The notes under the pieces: model-generated | What the model was told of the DNA's origin: nothing | The model's database searches: none | The model's input: the letters and a program-made list of their open reading frames with translations, nothing else | Translations under genes and position numbers: made by a program | Assembly (NCBI GenBank): GCA_030704615.1 | Contig: CM060731.1 | Coordinates: 49,724,001-49,788,000 of the forward strand | From: Takakia lepidozioides | Lineage: Eukaryota > Plantae > Bryophyta | Direction of reading: 5' to 3' | DNA length: 64,000 nt | Part shown: piece by piece, positions 50,682-64,000 of the stretch | Numbering within the stretch: the first letter of the stretch is position 1 | How the letters are laid out: each line of letters opens with the position of its first letter

Positions 50682-51012
50682 CTTCACTTATTTAGGATTA
50701 TCACTTATTGAGGACAAGTGGCAGGCCTTGAAATGACGTGGGGTAAAAGACAACAATAGACTCTCTTCACTTATTTAGGATTATCACTTATTGAGGACAA
50801 GTGGCAGGCCTTGAAATGACGTGGGGTAAAAGACAACAATAGACTCTCTTCACTTATTTAGGATTATCACTTATTGAGGACAAGTGGCAGGCCTTGAAAT
50901 GACGTGGGGTAAAAGACAACAATAGACTCTCTTCACTTATTTAGGATTATCACTTATTGAGGACAAGTGGCAGGCCTTGAAATGACGTGGGGTAAAAGAC
51001 AACAATAGACTC
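50682..51012. repeat. Perfect tandem array, 4 x 83 bp
   Basis: Unit CTTCACTTATTTAGG...CAATAGACTCT starts at 50682, 50765, 50848 and 50931. Confidence 0.95.
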
Positions 51013-51983
51013 CGGCCTCCTTGATGTCAGTGGACTACCGTACTTACCTAGCTTATTAGCCACTTCTGCGCCTAATAATTGAATAAAAATGGAATATTAT
51101 TAGGCAGATTCGTTTTAATTATTTAGGCACCTCACCTAGGTAATTTTCAAACATTAGGCATGTATTACAATTGACCTTGGATAAATGTTATCTGCTTTTT
51201 TGTTATGTCACCCTTAATGTTATGAATAGTTGCTTTGTAAAAATTTACACTTGAAAATGGCATGACTAGAGACTTACAAACATGCAATATCGAGGATGAT
51301 GATATTCCTCACCTTAACATTCTCTCATATTCATAAGATTCACTTGAGATAGGTGATGAGACTAACGAGGATGTAGTTGCATCAATTCGGGGCCCTTTGG
51401 AAGTTGTGGCTTCTATGGTTGGGATGAGAGCTTTAGTTTTGGCTTTAGTCTAAAATTTTAGTTCTTGTTCATGTTCTTGCTCAATTCTAACAATTGTTTG
51501 GGATTGGACATGGCTGGTGAAGTGAAAGCACCCTCTCCCAAACCAATCGACAGTGCCGTGAAACATGGGCCATATGCAAATCCCACCACCAAAGTGACTA
51601 GATCTATGCACCCCATATATTGTAGGAGCTCAGTTGTGTTGGGGAACTTGGAAAAATCAATTTTTAAAGTGGCTATGACTTGGCAGGGAACATGTCAGAA
51701 AATGATATTTGTCACGTATGAGACAAGGGAAGCGACAGGAGGGTGAGAGACATACCGTACTTATTTAGCTTATTAGGCAATAATTAATTCAAAATCAAGT
51801 GCCTAATTAAATTTAGTAAATTTTTGGAAAATGTGCCTAAAACTTGGAAAAATTTCCTGAGAAGTGCCTAATTGATTGAAAATTGTGAAAAATACCAAAA
51901 TTTCCAAATATGTGGAAAAAATGCCTAAATTATATTGTTTAAAGTCCAAAAAATGGCAAAAATACCTACTATTTAAAAGTTCA

Positions 51984-54900
51984 TGTCCACCATCATACTC
52001 TTACATTTAGACTAGTGGCTTCACCCCCGAGCTTATACAAGAAGGTCTCTAAGAAGTCATACTTGATCATTTCCACTTCCTACTTTGGTGACCCTCCAGC
52101 TTCTAGCCATTCACCTTCCAATGGTGAGTTAAACAAGTTAGTCTCTTAGACTTGTAAACCTTTGGCTTTCAAGACTCTTAGTCTTCTAGATATGTTTAAT
52201 TACTTCCAACACTCCCACTCAATTAAGTCATATCATTTCGTTTATCTTTGGAAAAGAGACACCAAGTAAGGTTGAACACTTGATGTGTTTTGTTTGTGGT
52301 AGACTCTTCGTCAAAACATCCGCAACCATATCTCATGTAGCACAATAGATCACCTTGATCTCTCCCTTGCATATAACTTCCCACATGTACTGATGTTGCA
52401 CTTCAATGTGCTTCGTCCTTGAATGATATTTCGGATTCTGACTCGGTGCAATCGCACTTTGATTGTCACAATAAAAAGTCGTAGGTAGTGATTGGAGACG
52501 ACCCAAATCTCCAAGCAACTTCCGTAACCAAATATCCTCATTTGCTGCTTGTGTAATGGATATGTACTCAGTTTCTGTTGATGACAACGCTATTGTAACT
52601 TGGTGCTTACTAGACCAAGATATAGCTCCACCTGCTAGGAGAAAACAATGGCCTGAAGTTGATTTTCTGCTATCAACGTCTCCTGCCCAATCAGCATTAA
52701 CAAACCCCAAGAAGCTTGGATCTTTGTAGAATAGACCAGAGGTTGATGTTCCTCTTAGATGTCGAAATATCCTCTTTCATTGCTCTCCAATGGGTTTGTC
52801 CGGGATCTGAAAGGAATTGTGAGACGACTCCCATTGAATGTGCAATGTCTGGCTGTACAAACCATGCAATACATCAAATTGCCGAGTGCGCTTTGATAAG
52901 GAGTTTTCCTCATATCCTCCTGTTCTTCTTTAGTCATAAGTGTCATGTCATTTGTAAGTTTCAAACCAACTTTGAGAGGAGTTGATGTTGGCTTACTCAT
53001 CTCCAACTTTGTAGAATGATATCAATGTATTGTTGTTGATGCATGAATACTATATGGTTCACTCGATCTCTGCTGATTTGAATACCAAGACAGAACCGAA
53101 TCTCACTCATGTCAGTCATGGCAAACTCAGTACTCAACAGTGATTTGGTTTCTGGCAATAACCTTTGACGATAGTTGGTAACAATGATTGTGTCATCCAC
53201 ATATAGAACTATGACCATAAATTGCTCTCCCATTCTTTTCACATAGATGTTTGTGTCAGCAATGCTTCGCTCAAATCTTGCCTTTAAGAGGTACGCATCG
53301 ATCCTAGCATACCAAGCTTGAGGACTTTGATTGAGTCCATACAAACTCTTTTGCAGCTTACACTTGAAGATCCACTTGCAACCAATGGCTCTTCGTCCTG
53401 CAGGCAACCTAGTGAGTGTCCATGCTTTGTTTTGCATCAATGAATCCAACTCTAAGTTTATTACTTCTTCCCGTTGTACTAGTTTGTCTAGAGAGCGCAT
53501 CGTTTCCTTATATGTAGTAGGTTCAACCACTTGTGATGTTTCTTCCATAGTTTCAATGGCACTCATAGATGTAATCAGCCTACTATGAGCTTTTCTTTCC
53601 CATTGAGATCTCCTTAGAACTGACACATCTTCAACTTCATCTCTAGAGTCCATATCAATAGGTGGTTCATCAACTTCAACTCCATGATCAATTTTATCAA
53701 GTTGAACACCTCCATCATTTGCTTCAACCATCTTTTGTATTGGTTCGTCATAAGACTCATCTTGAAAATGGTGTAATGGCTCTAAGCTCATTCTCATGTC
53801 ATCTTCTCCCACTACCAAAGATGGTATGAAGCCTTCATCAAACACTACGTCCCTGTTGTGTTTGACAGCCCTAGTTGTCTCATTGAACAACTTATATCCC
53901 TTCAAACCTTTTGTGTAACCAATTAAGATGTATCCTTCTGATTTGGAGTCAAGTTTTCTTCGCTTCTGAATAGGAATATTGACATATGCATGACATCCAA
54001 AAATCCTACAATGAGCCACACCAGGCTTTTGAGTACTCCATACCTCATCTGGTGTTTTTCCCAACACTGATTTGGTAGGTATTCTATTGTGAAGATATGC
54101 TACACTGCCAATAGCTTCTGCCCAAAAATGATTTGAAATATTCACTTCTTTCAAACATACTCCTTGTAGATTCTTGCAATGATCTATTCATCCGCTCAAC
54201 TACATCATTCTGCTCAGGTGTATCTGGAACAGTAAGCTGTCGAGCTATTTCATTCTCTTGAAAAACTGATTGAAAACTTTTGAGATGTACTCACCACCAT
54301 TGTCAGATCTTAAAATCTTAAGAGACTTTACAGTTTGTTTTTTCTGCAAGTACTTTGAATTCCTTGAATTTCTCTAGCACTTGACTTTTCTGCTTTAGGA
54401 AATTCACCACAACCCTCCTTGACAAATCATCAATGAATATCACAACGTACTTTGCTCCTCCAAGTGATGTGGTTTGCATTGGCCCGCATACATCAGAATG
54501 TATAATCTCCGATATACTTGTGGCTCTTCGTCCACCCTTAGGAAATTGACCTCAATGTTGCTTCCCTTCTAGACAACCTTTGCATAGACACATATCGCTC
54601 ATCTCCTTCAATGGCAGTCCTTCCACAAGATGGCTTGAGAGTTGCATCTGTCTCAACTTCTTAATGCTCACATGATCTAACCTTCTGTGCCACAACTCGG
54701 TTTCTGACATGATAAGTATAGATCCCAACTATGGTGAAATGTGGTAAGAGTACTAGAGACACGATGTTATAATCTATACAAGTAATTATCAAGAATAGCT
54801 CTTGCTACCACAACTCCTGAGCTATCTGTGATAATGCAACCCTGATCTTAGAATATCACTCTGTATCCCTTTGAAACAATTTGCCTTACAGACAACAGAT

Positions 54901-55705
54901 TCTTGGTTAAGATAGGAACATGTATGACATTTTTCACCTCTATAGCTTCCTTTTCATTAAGCATAAGAGAGACTGAGCCTTTCCCACTAATGACATATTT
55001 GCTATCATCTTCCAAAAGAACATAATGTGTAGGTGAAAGAGATCTTTAGGATAAGAAATGCTCTCTCGAGCTGAATTCATATGTTGATATGCTCCCAAAT
55101 CAACATACCACACATGCTTCTGTCTAGTAGTGGCTGAGAGAGACACGACAAATAGAACAACATTCCTTTGATGAGTAGCTATGTTCCCTTGACCCTCTCT
55201 GCTGCGTTCATCTATAATGCGCTTTCTACAATCTTTGATTATGTGACCAGGTTTCTTGCAATAAAAGCACCTCACTTTGGACTGTTTGATCTTTGAGCTA
55301 GATTGAGGTTTCTGAAACCTCTGGGACTTCTGAGACACATGTGAAGGGAGTCTTCTATTCAAGACTACTCCAGTCTTGCCTGTGAACAAAGCTATGTCTA
55401 TCTCTATAGACGTACCTTGACATTTTCTTCTTGTTTCCTCCTTGAGGAGAAGTCCTATGACAACATCAATAGGTAAGTTGGTTTGTCTTGCTAGAGACAC
55501 AACAAAACCATCATAGGATTCAGGTAAGGTTGCCACTAACACCACTGCCGCGTGTTCATCAGTCACATTAGTTCCCACAGAGACTAATTGATCTCGTAAC
55601 ACACAAAACAAATTCAAGTGTTGTTCAACTGAGTCTAACTCGGTCATTTTCAGACCATAGAACTTTTGCGTCGCATACACCTGCAATGTGGCATCCTTCG
55701 TCTCA
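51984..55705 (-). mobile_element. 5'-truncated, degenerate Ty1/copia retrotransposon with PPT and putative 3' LTR (about 51984-52211)
   Basis: Gag knuckle CFYCKKPGHIIKDC, protease WYVDLGA, integrase HSDVCGPM and RSDNGGEY, RT SLYGLNQS and YVDD, RNase H NADWAG, DNQSA and ADVLTK, in gag-PR-IN-RT-RH order. PPT TTGAGTGGGAG is followed by TGTTGG at 52211. The left LTR end is tentative. Confidence 0.92.
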
Positions 55706-55735
55706 TATATGGAAATATATATATATATTATTTAT

Positions 55736-56824
55736 AATCCGGTCTCACACATCCTTGCATTTTTAATTAAAAATAACTTATTGCAAGACAATGAAAATAT
55801 TCTACTTATGAGACTCTGTACATATAAATGACCAATATAATAATAAAAACACATGTAAGAGTGAACATTGAATTGTGATATTTCATATGCATTTAATAAG
55901 GCTGTTATAGGATATATTTTAATTCAATCTCTACCTCTTTGTGATTTTTTAATTCACAATATTTTATTACATATCTCATAATATAAAAATTCTAAATAAT
56001 ACGAATAAACTAAAACACTATAGATTATACGTCCACATATTAGATCTAGTTGTCTTTAAATATCATCAAATTATTACGGTATAGTCCAACATTCTTAAAG
56101 ACAAGGTCTCATCATATTTGAAGTATGCAAATGACCCTAAACCCTCTACATATACATATACATATATATATACACGTATACATACATATATACATATATA
56201 TATATATGTATTTATCAGAAATTAGGTTGTGCCAATCTGAACTAAGTTGTGCCAACAACCAGGCGGCGCCTCCGTTAGTGGCGCCACATCCCTTAGTGGC
56301 GCCACCAACCTTGTTGGCGCCCCGTGCCTTAGTGGCGCCACCAACCTTGTTGGCGCCCCGTGCCTTAGTGGCGCCACCAACCTTGTTGGCGCCGCCTGCC
56401 TTAGTGGCGCCACAAACCTTGTTGGCGCCCCTGCCTTAGTGGCGCCACCTACGTTGTTGACGCCCATGTTGTCAACAAGTGGTGTGAGCAACTAAATTGA
56501 ATTGTGGAGGGTTGTGGTCATACGGTATTCCTTCGTGTACCAAATGCCCGACAAATCAAAGATGAAAGCATCTAAGCATGAATTTGAAGGATCTAAGAAT
56601 CTATTAGAGAATATTTGCTGAACAAGTGGGATGAAGACATGGGCATTTGGTATTCCAACGCATACCGTTTGCCCACAAAATCAACCCTGGACAAATCATC
56701 TACAACCACTAGTGGTTGATTTGTCGAGGGTCGTAGATGATTTGTTGAGGGTTGTAGATGATTTGTCGAGGGTTGTAGATGATAGTGAAATTGTCGAGCA
56801 TTTGGTATTCCATAAGTCCTCCCC
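55736..56824. repeat. Interspersed repeat copy B, adjoining the truncated copia 5' end
   Basis: Homolog of 41533-42473 with the 36-bp CCTTAGTGGCGCCACCAACCTTGTTGGCGCCCCGTG unit expanded. Confidence 0.88.
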
Positions 56825-59736
56825 TCTGGATGGTCCATGCACTTTCTACAGACATTGGCACGGCAAGAGGGTGTGTTGTCGGATCTCTACTAGCGCTACG
56901 CAGGAACAGCTGTGCTTAAATATCTCGAGGTACAAGCATGCGCCTTCCATGCACTAATCCTACAGAGTGTGCCAGATGTTTAAGTGGGAACATCTCAACA
57001 AGGTCCAGTGGGCCCGCCTTAGCTTTGATCATTAGCATTACTCCATGTTTGATGCTCTCAAGCTTGGATTCAATGTCTCTCACATTGATGCTATTCTCCA
57101 AATACCTATGTAAAGCAGTTTCATTCTGGCCTGTTCATTCTAGAGTGGTCCAGGAATTAGACCCCCGCCTCATCATTTTTGTGATGGTTACTATGGGGCA
57201 ATGATATTTTTACTATCAAGCTATCATTGCTTTGTTGGTTCCTCTTTATTCTAAAGACGAGATTACACATCGGTATCAAAAATCGCTAAGCCCCTGTTGC
57301 GGCTTCCCCAGGTGTGACCTCCTCTCCTATGCTCCAAAATAGTTTCATGATGTACCTTCTCTAAATAACACCTCCCTCAGATAATATCTCTGTTATTGAA
57401 CAACTTAAGAAAAAAAATGGTTGAATTTGTAAGTTTATTATGGATGGAAACAGATTCTACTATTCACAAAGCTCGGGTTCGACCTCACTGCTGTGTGTTT
57501 CAAGATGCTTCGAGGTTTTATTTTTTCTCCTTTCTAATAAAGTTTCACTCAAACCTCTGTCCCCTCAATTGCTCTTTTTCTAGCCTATCAACACTTCCTC
57601 ATTCGCATGACTTAGCACAACACCGATGAATGTTTTCGGACCAATAAGGGTCTTGACACACAGACTTGACCAGGATTTCTCCATGATGAAAAGGCTCTTT
57701 TTTAACCATGCCTGTAGATAGCTTTTTCTTTTATCAAGATTCTATTTACTTGTCTATTTACATCCAAAGAATTGAAACGTACATAACTGAACCTACCTAC
57801 CACATACATCCACACACCTAGTAATCTTGGAGAATTTCACCATAAATTATAATGTTTTAGTGTGAGGGATTTTTTTTTCAAATATTTGAAAATATTTTCT
57901 TGGGTTTGACCAGAAAAATGGACAGACGGGTTGATTTTTACTGCGTATGAAAGTGACAAATCCACATTTTCAAACTTGTTACATGGGTCTCCAGAAATTT
58001 TGAAGGCCAAATTCTCAAATTCTGTAAATGCCCCTTTGTACATGAAGTGGGCGCATGGGTTTCAAAAGCCATGAATATGCTTGAACTTAAAGATGGACAT
58101 ACCCAAAATGTACAACCAAGAAAAATATTAATTGCTGCGGTGACAATGTTATATGCACTCCACATAACATGCTCCCAAATTTTCTAGAAATTTCACTGGT
58201 GGAATAAGGAAAAAGTCGGGTAAAAGTTAGACCAGCAAGTTTTGGGCCATTCAGGCTGGGAATTACCTACACCAGCAGAAGATTCCGGCAACTTCCTTAG
58301 GACCAGGGCAACAAAATTCTCTTGCACCCTGTGTTCGGGCTGCCAAGCTGGACTGCCTTCATGTCATGGCGGGGACATGCCCTGACACCACCTCCGGCTT
58401 GCCAGCTCGGTTGTGCATGCCCAATGGAAAGAGGCCATGCAGGTACTTACATAGCTTACACTTGGGCTCAGAGGCTACCCTAGAGGTCACATTTGGGCCT
58501 TGACATAGGAGAGGCTCTAAGATACATAGGGGATTGCACTTAAACTTAGATGACACTGGACACTTGGGCCAACAGCACAGGCTACCCTGGTAAGAATAAT
58601 GTAAGAATTTACTGCACAAATGTAACCTCGGACAAGATGTCACTCCAGTTTCCGGCATGCCAAATCTTCCCAACCCTTTCTTGAGAGTGACATGGAACTG
58701 AAGGAGTGTAAACTCCAGTCCGGGTTACACGATGAGGTGGGTAACTCCACTCCGGGTTACACTGAATGGAGTGTAACTCCACTCGATGTAACTCACACTT
58801 GGCCTTGAAATTTTGACTGTCCAAATTTTGACCAAGTATAAAATGGACTAACAAGAGTTACATAAGAGACCAGGATTAGAGAGGGTTACACCAATTGGAA
58901 TACTAACACCCAGGTTACATTACAAGAGCCACCCATCACGAATCAAACCCGGAACCCCTGCAATGCTATCACCTTACCATCAGGCTACCCACTACAACAT
59001 GAGAACCTTTAGGATTCTTAAGTACTAGGGCTTCGCATTGCTCCGCAGTACTTGCGACGGCTTCTGAGAACAACGTCCAGATAGATGGGTTAGATTCAAG
59101 TTTTAAGATGCTCACACAATAGACAGCAAAACAAAAGCATCCAAAAGAGGCATTGCAAGAAATTAAAGTCCTCAGAACCACTTGCACATAAGCTATCCGT
59201 CAATCCATGCCCTTGAGTTTATAGGTGGGTAACAACCTGAAATAGAGTGGAAGGTGACAAGCTGCAGTCGTTCAACGAAGGAATGTGATAGAAAACTCTC
59301 AGAACTTGCCACCAATTAGCCAGCTGGAAGCCCGGGTAGACCAGGCAGGAGCTCGCACAAGCTGTCCGTTGTTGCAGCAATCTTGGCAGCAGGTGGGACA
59401 GTTGGACCAATTTCTGATCCTCATAATGGAGACTTCAGTGAGAGATTGAGTTCCACGGAATAGATAGTGGAATCTCCCACAGATCTCATAATACAGAGGT
59501 AAGTGTAGCATTACTGCTATCTATTGGTATGCTGTATTGTCCGTCTCTGTCATTGTTGTTTTCAGAGATTCATGTAAGCCAACTTTTCAAACTGTACGTC
59601 CCGATGAATGATCGCACACTATAGACTAGTGCATGCAGTGAGTGACGACGTTGGCTACTGAGTAAGCAGAAATTTCACGGGAGTGCTGGAATCTTCCACG
59701 CTACATCGAATTATGTGTTCAAGAAGTACCGCTGTC

Positions 59737-59797
59737 CGAAATACAACGAAACAAGCTGCAACGCCACTTGCGTTGCAGCTTTTTTCGTTGTATTTCG
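59737..59797. repeat. Near-perfect hairpin (28-bp arms, 5-nt loop)
   Basis: CGAAATACAACGAAACAAGCTGCAACGC-CACTT-GCGTTGCAGCTTTTTTCGTTGTATTTCG, one mismatch. Confidence 0.9.
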
Positions 59798-59853
59798 TCT
59801 CAAAATGATATTGCGACGGTCTTTCCTGAAGGAAAAGTGATGTGACATTGCAG

Positions 59854-61436
<1,583 letters not shown>

Positions 61437-62504
61437 TCCATTTCATTTCATTCTCTTTCTTTTCCTGCAACAGGAGGACTGCCTATGCCCAGGTTGCACC
61501 AGGCGCAACCAGAAAATTGAAAGCTCCAAGAGCTTATGGGACAAAATGGGAAAAAACAAGAGAGAGGACATTGTAACAGAAATGGATATTGTCTTCAAGC
61601 CGTCTGCACACCGGGCATTGACAATCTCCCTTTCATCTCTGCATCCGTTTATTGTTCGAAAGTAGACTCCCCACCCTGAGTTAAAGTTACAGTAGTGCCA
61701 AGGCTGCCCCCTTCACTCACCCATGTCACAAACTGGAAACAAGTTCAGGGTTTTATGCCTACTTTTGTTTGGATATTCTGCACGCTTCCAACATGGCCTT
61801 AGACACGCCAGCTTCCAAGTCAGCTTCATCTTAGCAGGGTCATTCCTCCTGCCTAATATTCAGGTACTTGAAAATCTCCTCTTCCCGTTCCTGTTTAATG
61901 GGGTTGGACTGGATGTTGGCAGATCCACTGCCTTTGTCTCCAGACACAATCAGGGGTACAGGCAGCTGTCCATCCACACATCCCAGACCCAGCCCAATTC
62001 TCTGAACCTTTTTTCTTGGAAGAGCCTCCCTCTCCTCTGGCCTTCAGACATGCAGCTCCCTCACTCTTGGAGCCAGCTCCGATTTCGGGCTTAGAATCCA
62101 CAATGCTCATTTTGCAGTACTTCCACCCTTCCTCATCAGTTCCCACCCCTGACCACATAAACATAATGTACTCATAAGACGTAGCCTTGTGGCCATAGAC
62201 CCTGTGCCCAGTTTGGGCTGAACAAGAGGGAACAGACACTACGTCTATGAGGGTCTCACACTCCAGTAGCGGGACTTACCTTGATATAAACAATTAACTC
62301 AGGCTCTCCAGATTTCCTCTAGAAAGCTCTTCACACAAACATCAATCTGCTGCGAGCTCCCCAGCAATTAGACTCCAGCAGGACCAAGGCTTTATGTTCA
62401 GCCTCAAGATGTTGAAATTTGGTGAACAGAGGTGTAGGGACTATGTACCTGAAGAGGGTCACTCTCTGATCAGAATACCCCGGACATTGTAACCGAAAAT
62501 GGAT

Positions 62505-63097
62505 ATCCAGCCTCCCTTAAATGCAAAGACAATCTCCTCAGCTCAGCATGTATTTTCTCGATTTGTGGATGTCATTTGTCATCTACACAGAACACATGCA
62601 CCTGGTTCTCCACCTCAATGCAGCTGTGCCCTGCTCATTTCTCACACCTGCATCCTCCATCATCTTTCTTACCTTTGCTTGATCATCCCACCTCCCAGCA
62701 GCAGTGCACATATTGCATAGGAGCACATAAGATCCAGCATCTTCTAGATTGCACTTGAGAAGGCATTTTGCAGCATGTTCTGCTCAATCCATATCGTCAT
62801 GAAGTCTGCATGTAGCAAGCAATGCCCCCAACACAACAGCACCTGGTTCAAATGGCATTTTCTCGATGAAGACCTCTGCCTTATCCAATTGCCCTGCACT
62901 GCCAAGAATATCCACCATGCAGCCAAAATGCTCAACAGTAGGGGTGACTCCATGATCCCGACTCTTGGAATCAAAGTGGTGACAGCCTTCATCCACCAAG
63001 CCCATATGGGTACATGCAGAGAGAACACATACAAGGTGATACCATTTGGCTTGAAACCTTCCTGTTGCATTTGTTCAAATAGTTGGAGGGCATTCTA
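62505..63097 (-). pseudogene. C-terminal fragment of a PLS-class PPR protein (last repeats, E1/E2, E+)
   Basis: ALQLFEQMQQEGFKPN, SACTHMGLVDEG, EHFGCMVDILG.AGQL, MPFEPGAVVLGALL..CRLH, SYVLL.N..AAGRW, VHVF; stops and frameshifts present. Confidence 0.88.
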
Positions 63098-63479
63098 GCT
63101 CTGAAATTACAAACTTTCGTGGTGAATTCTTCAAATCATGCAGAAATCTCGGCGTAAACTGGATTTCCATTGCAGTTGACTTCAACTCAAACCCTACAAT
63201 AAATAGTTGTGCTGATATTTTTTTGATAATTCGATACTTGTCCAAGGTAATCATGTTCGGCATGACATGGCTGATCAGTTGGCTCGTGAACTTTCACATT
63301 CTCTGGAAGTGTCAGCAGCTACCACCAAGCAAGCTAACTGGAGGGGTTATGTTGTCGGAATCAAGCCACTAATTCTGGCAAGAGGGAATATAAGCAGTGT
63401 CAAGATACTGCCAGTAATTTGCCAGAGTTGGCATCTTTCAGGAAGATATATAGTACTTCTGAGCTGGAGGCTGGTCAGA

Positions 63480-63742
63480 TACTAAACATGTGGGCAAGGA
63501 CACTTCATCACAGGGTGAAGTTCTTGAGACTACGAAGGTTGGCCATAGTGATTCAGCATTATTTTCGTGGATGGCAAGTGCTCAAGTCCTATGCCCTCAT
63601 GAGGGGATGATACAGGAAGGGACAAAACCCAACGAGGTCACCTTAGTGTAAATTCTTAAAGCTTGTGCCATCCTGCCAGCCCTGGTGAAGGGCAAATAGG
63701 TCCATTATGAGATCATGAAATCTGGAATTGTGCCAGATGTCA
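63480..63742 (+). pseudogene. IQ-motif-like fragment fused to a second PPR repeat fragment
   Basis: FLRLRRLAIVIQHYFRGWQ (IQxxxRGxxx) followed by MIQEGTKPNEVTLV*ILKACA...GK*VH.EIMKSGIVPDV. Confidence 0.6.
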
Positions 63743-64000
63743 GAAGAAAACATTTGCATCATTTCATGCAGACCATGGTGATGCTGACAGTTCAAATATG
63801 ATTGGAGCAGCAAAACGTTAGTTACAAAAAATCTTCCGAAATCCTTACTGCAGAGAACATTTTCCACGGAGCAATAGGCACGAAGAATTTGTCAACTTCC
63901 AATGTGGAAGAATTGCTTGTCTAAGAGTTTCACTCGAGTCTTTGAAAGTCGCCGTCTCTGCGAGGTTCCGACACACAACAATGACGACGATGATGTGGCG

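Noticed and set aside
50682-51012. Possible CRISPR array
   Set aside because: Head-to-tail identical units with no unique spacers.

Overview
Eukaryotic nuclear DNA from a land plant. Evidence: GT-AG introns, a SURNod19 gene, an OFUT30-like pseudogene, and BiP and PLS/E-class PPR fragments; a non-seed plant is likely but this is inference. The window is mostly nested transposable elements with only one clearly intact host gene (SURNod19-like, 44590-46246). The core is a 28.4-kb composite (11559-39914, flanked by a GATT duplication) made of two copies of a Ty3/gypsy-type element. Its polyprotein reads gag - protease - C5 cytosine methyltransferase (DNMT3-like) - RT - RNase H - integrase - PHD finger. 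The copies have TGTC...GACA ends and 4-bp TSDs, but the two ends share no LTR-like direct repeat. An 11.4-kb Mutator-like DNA transposon (24858-36263, 9-bp TSD) sits inside copy 2. It encodes a DDE/SWIM transposase and, head-to-head, a spliced accessory gene with a ParB/Srx-like domain (DGNHR) and a beta-class N4/N6 amino-methyltransferase-like domain. The non-coding parts of that gene carry about 11 copies of a 22-bp palindrome. This ParB-MTase plus palindrome cassette is the best candidate for an undescribed system. Also present are a ZNF862-like hAT, a piggyBac-type TTAA MITE, a truncated Ty1/copia, a two-copy VNTR-bearing repeat, an 83-bp tandem array and a terminal mosaic of gene fragments. 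Most TE ORFs carry frameshifts (decay and/or assembly indels). All domain calls are motif recognition by eye; no database searches were run.
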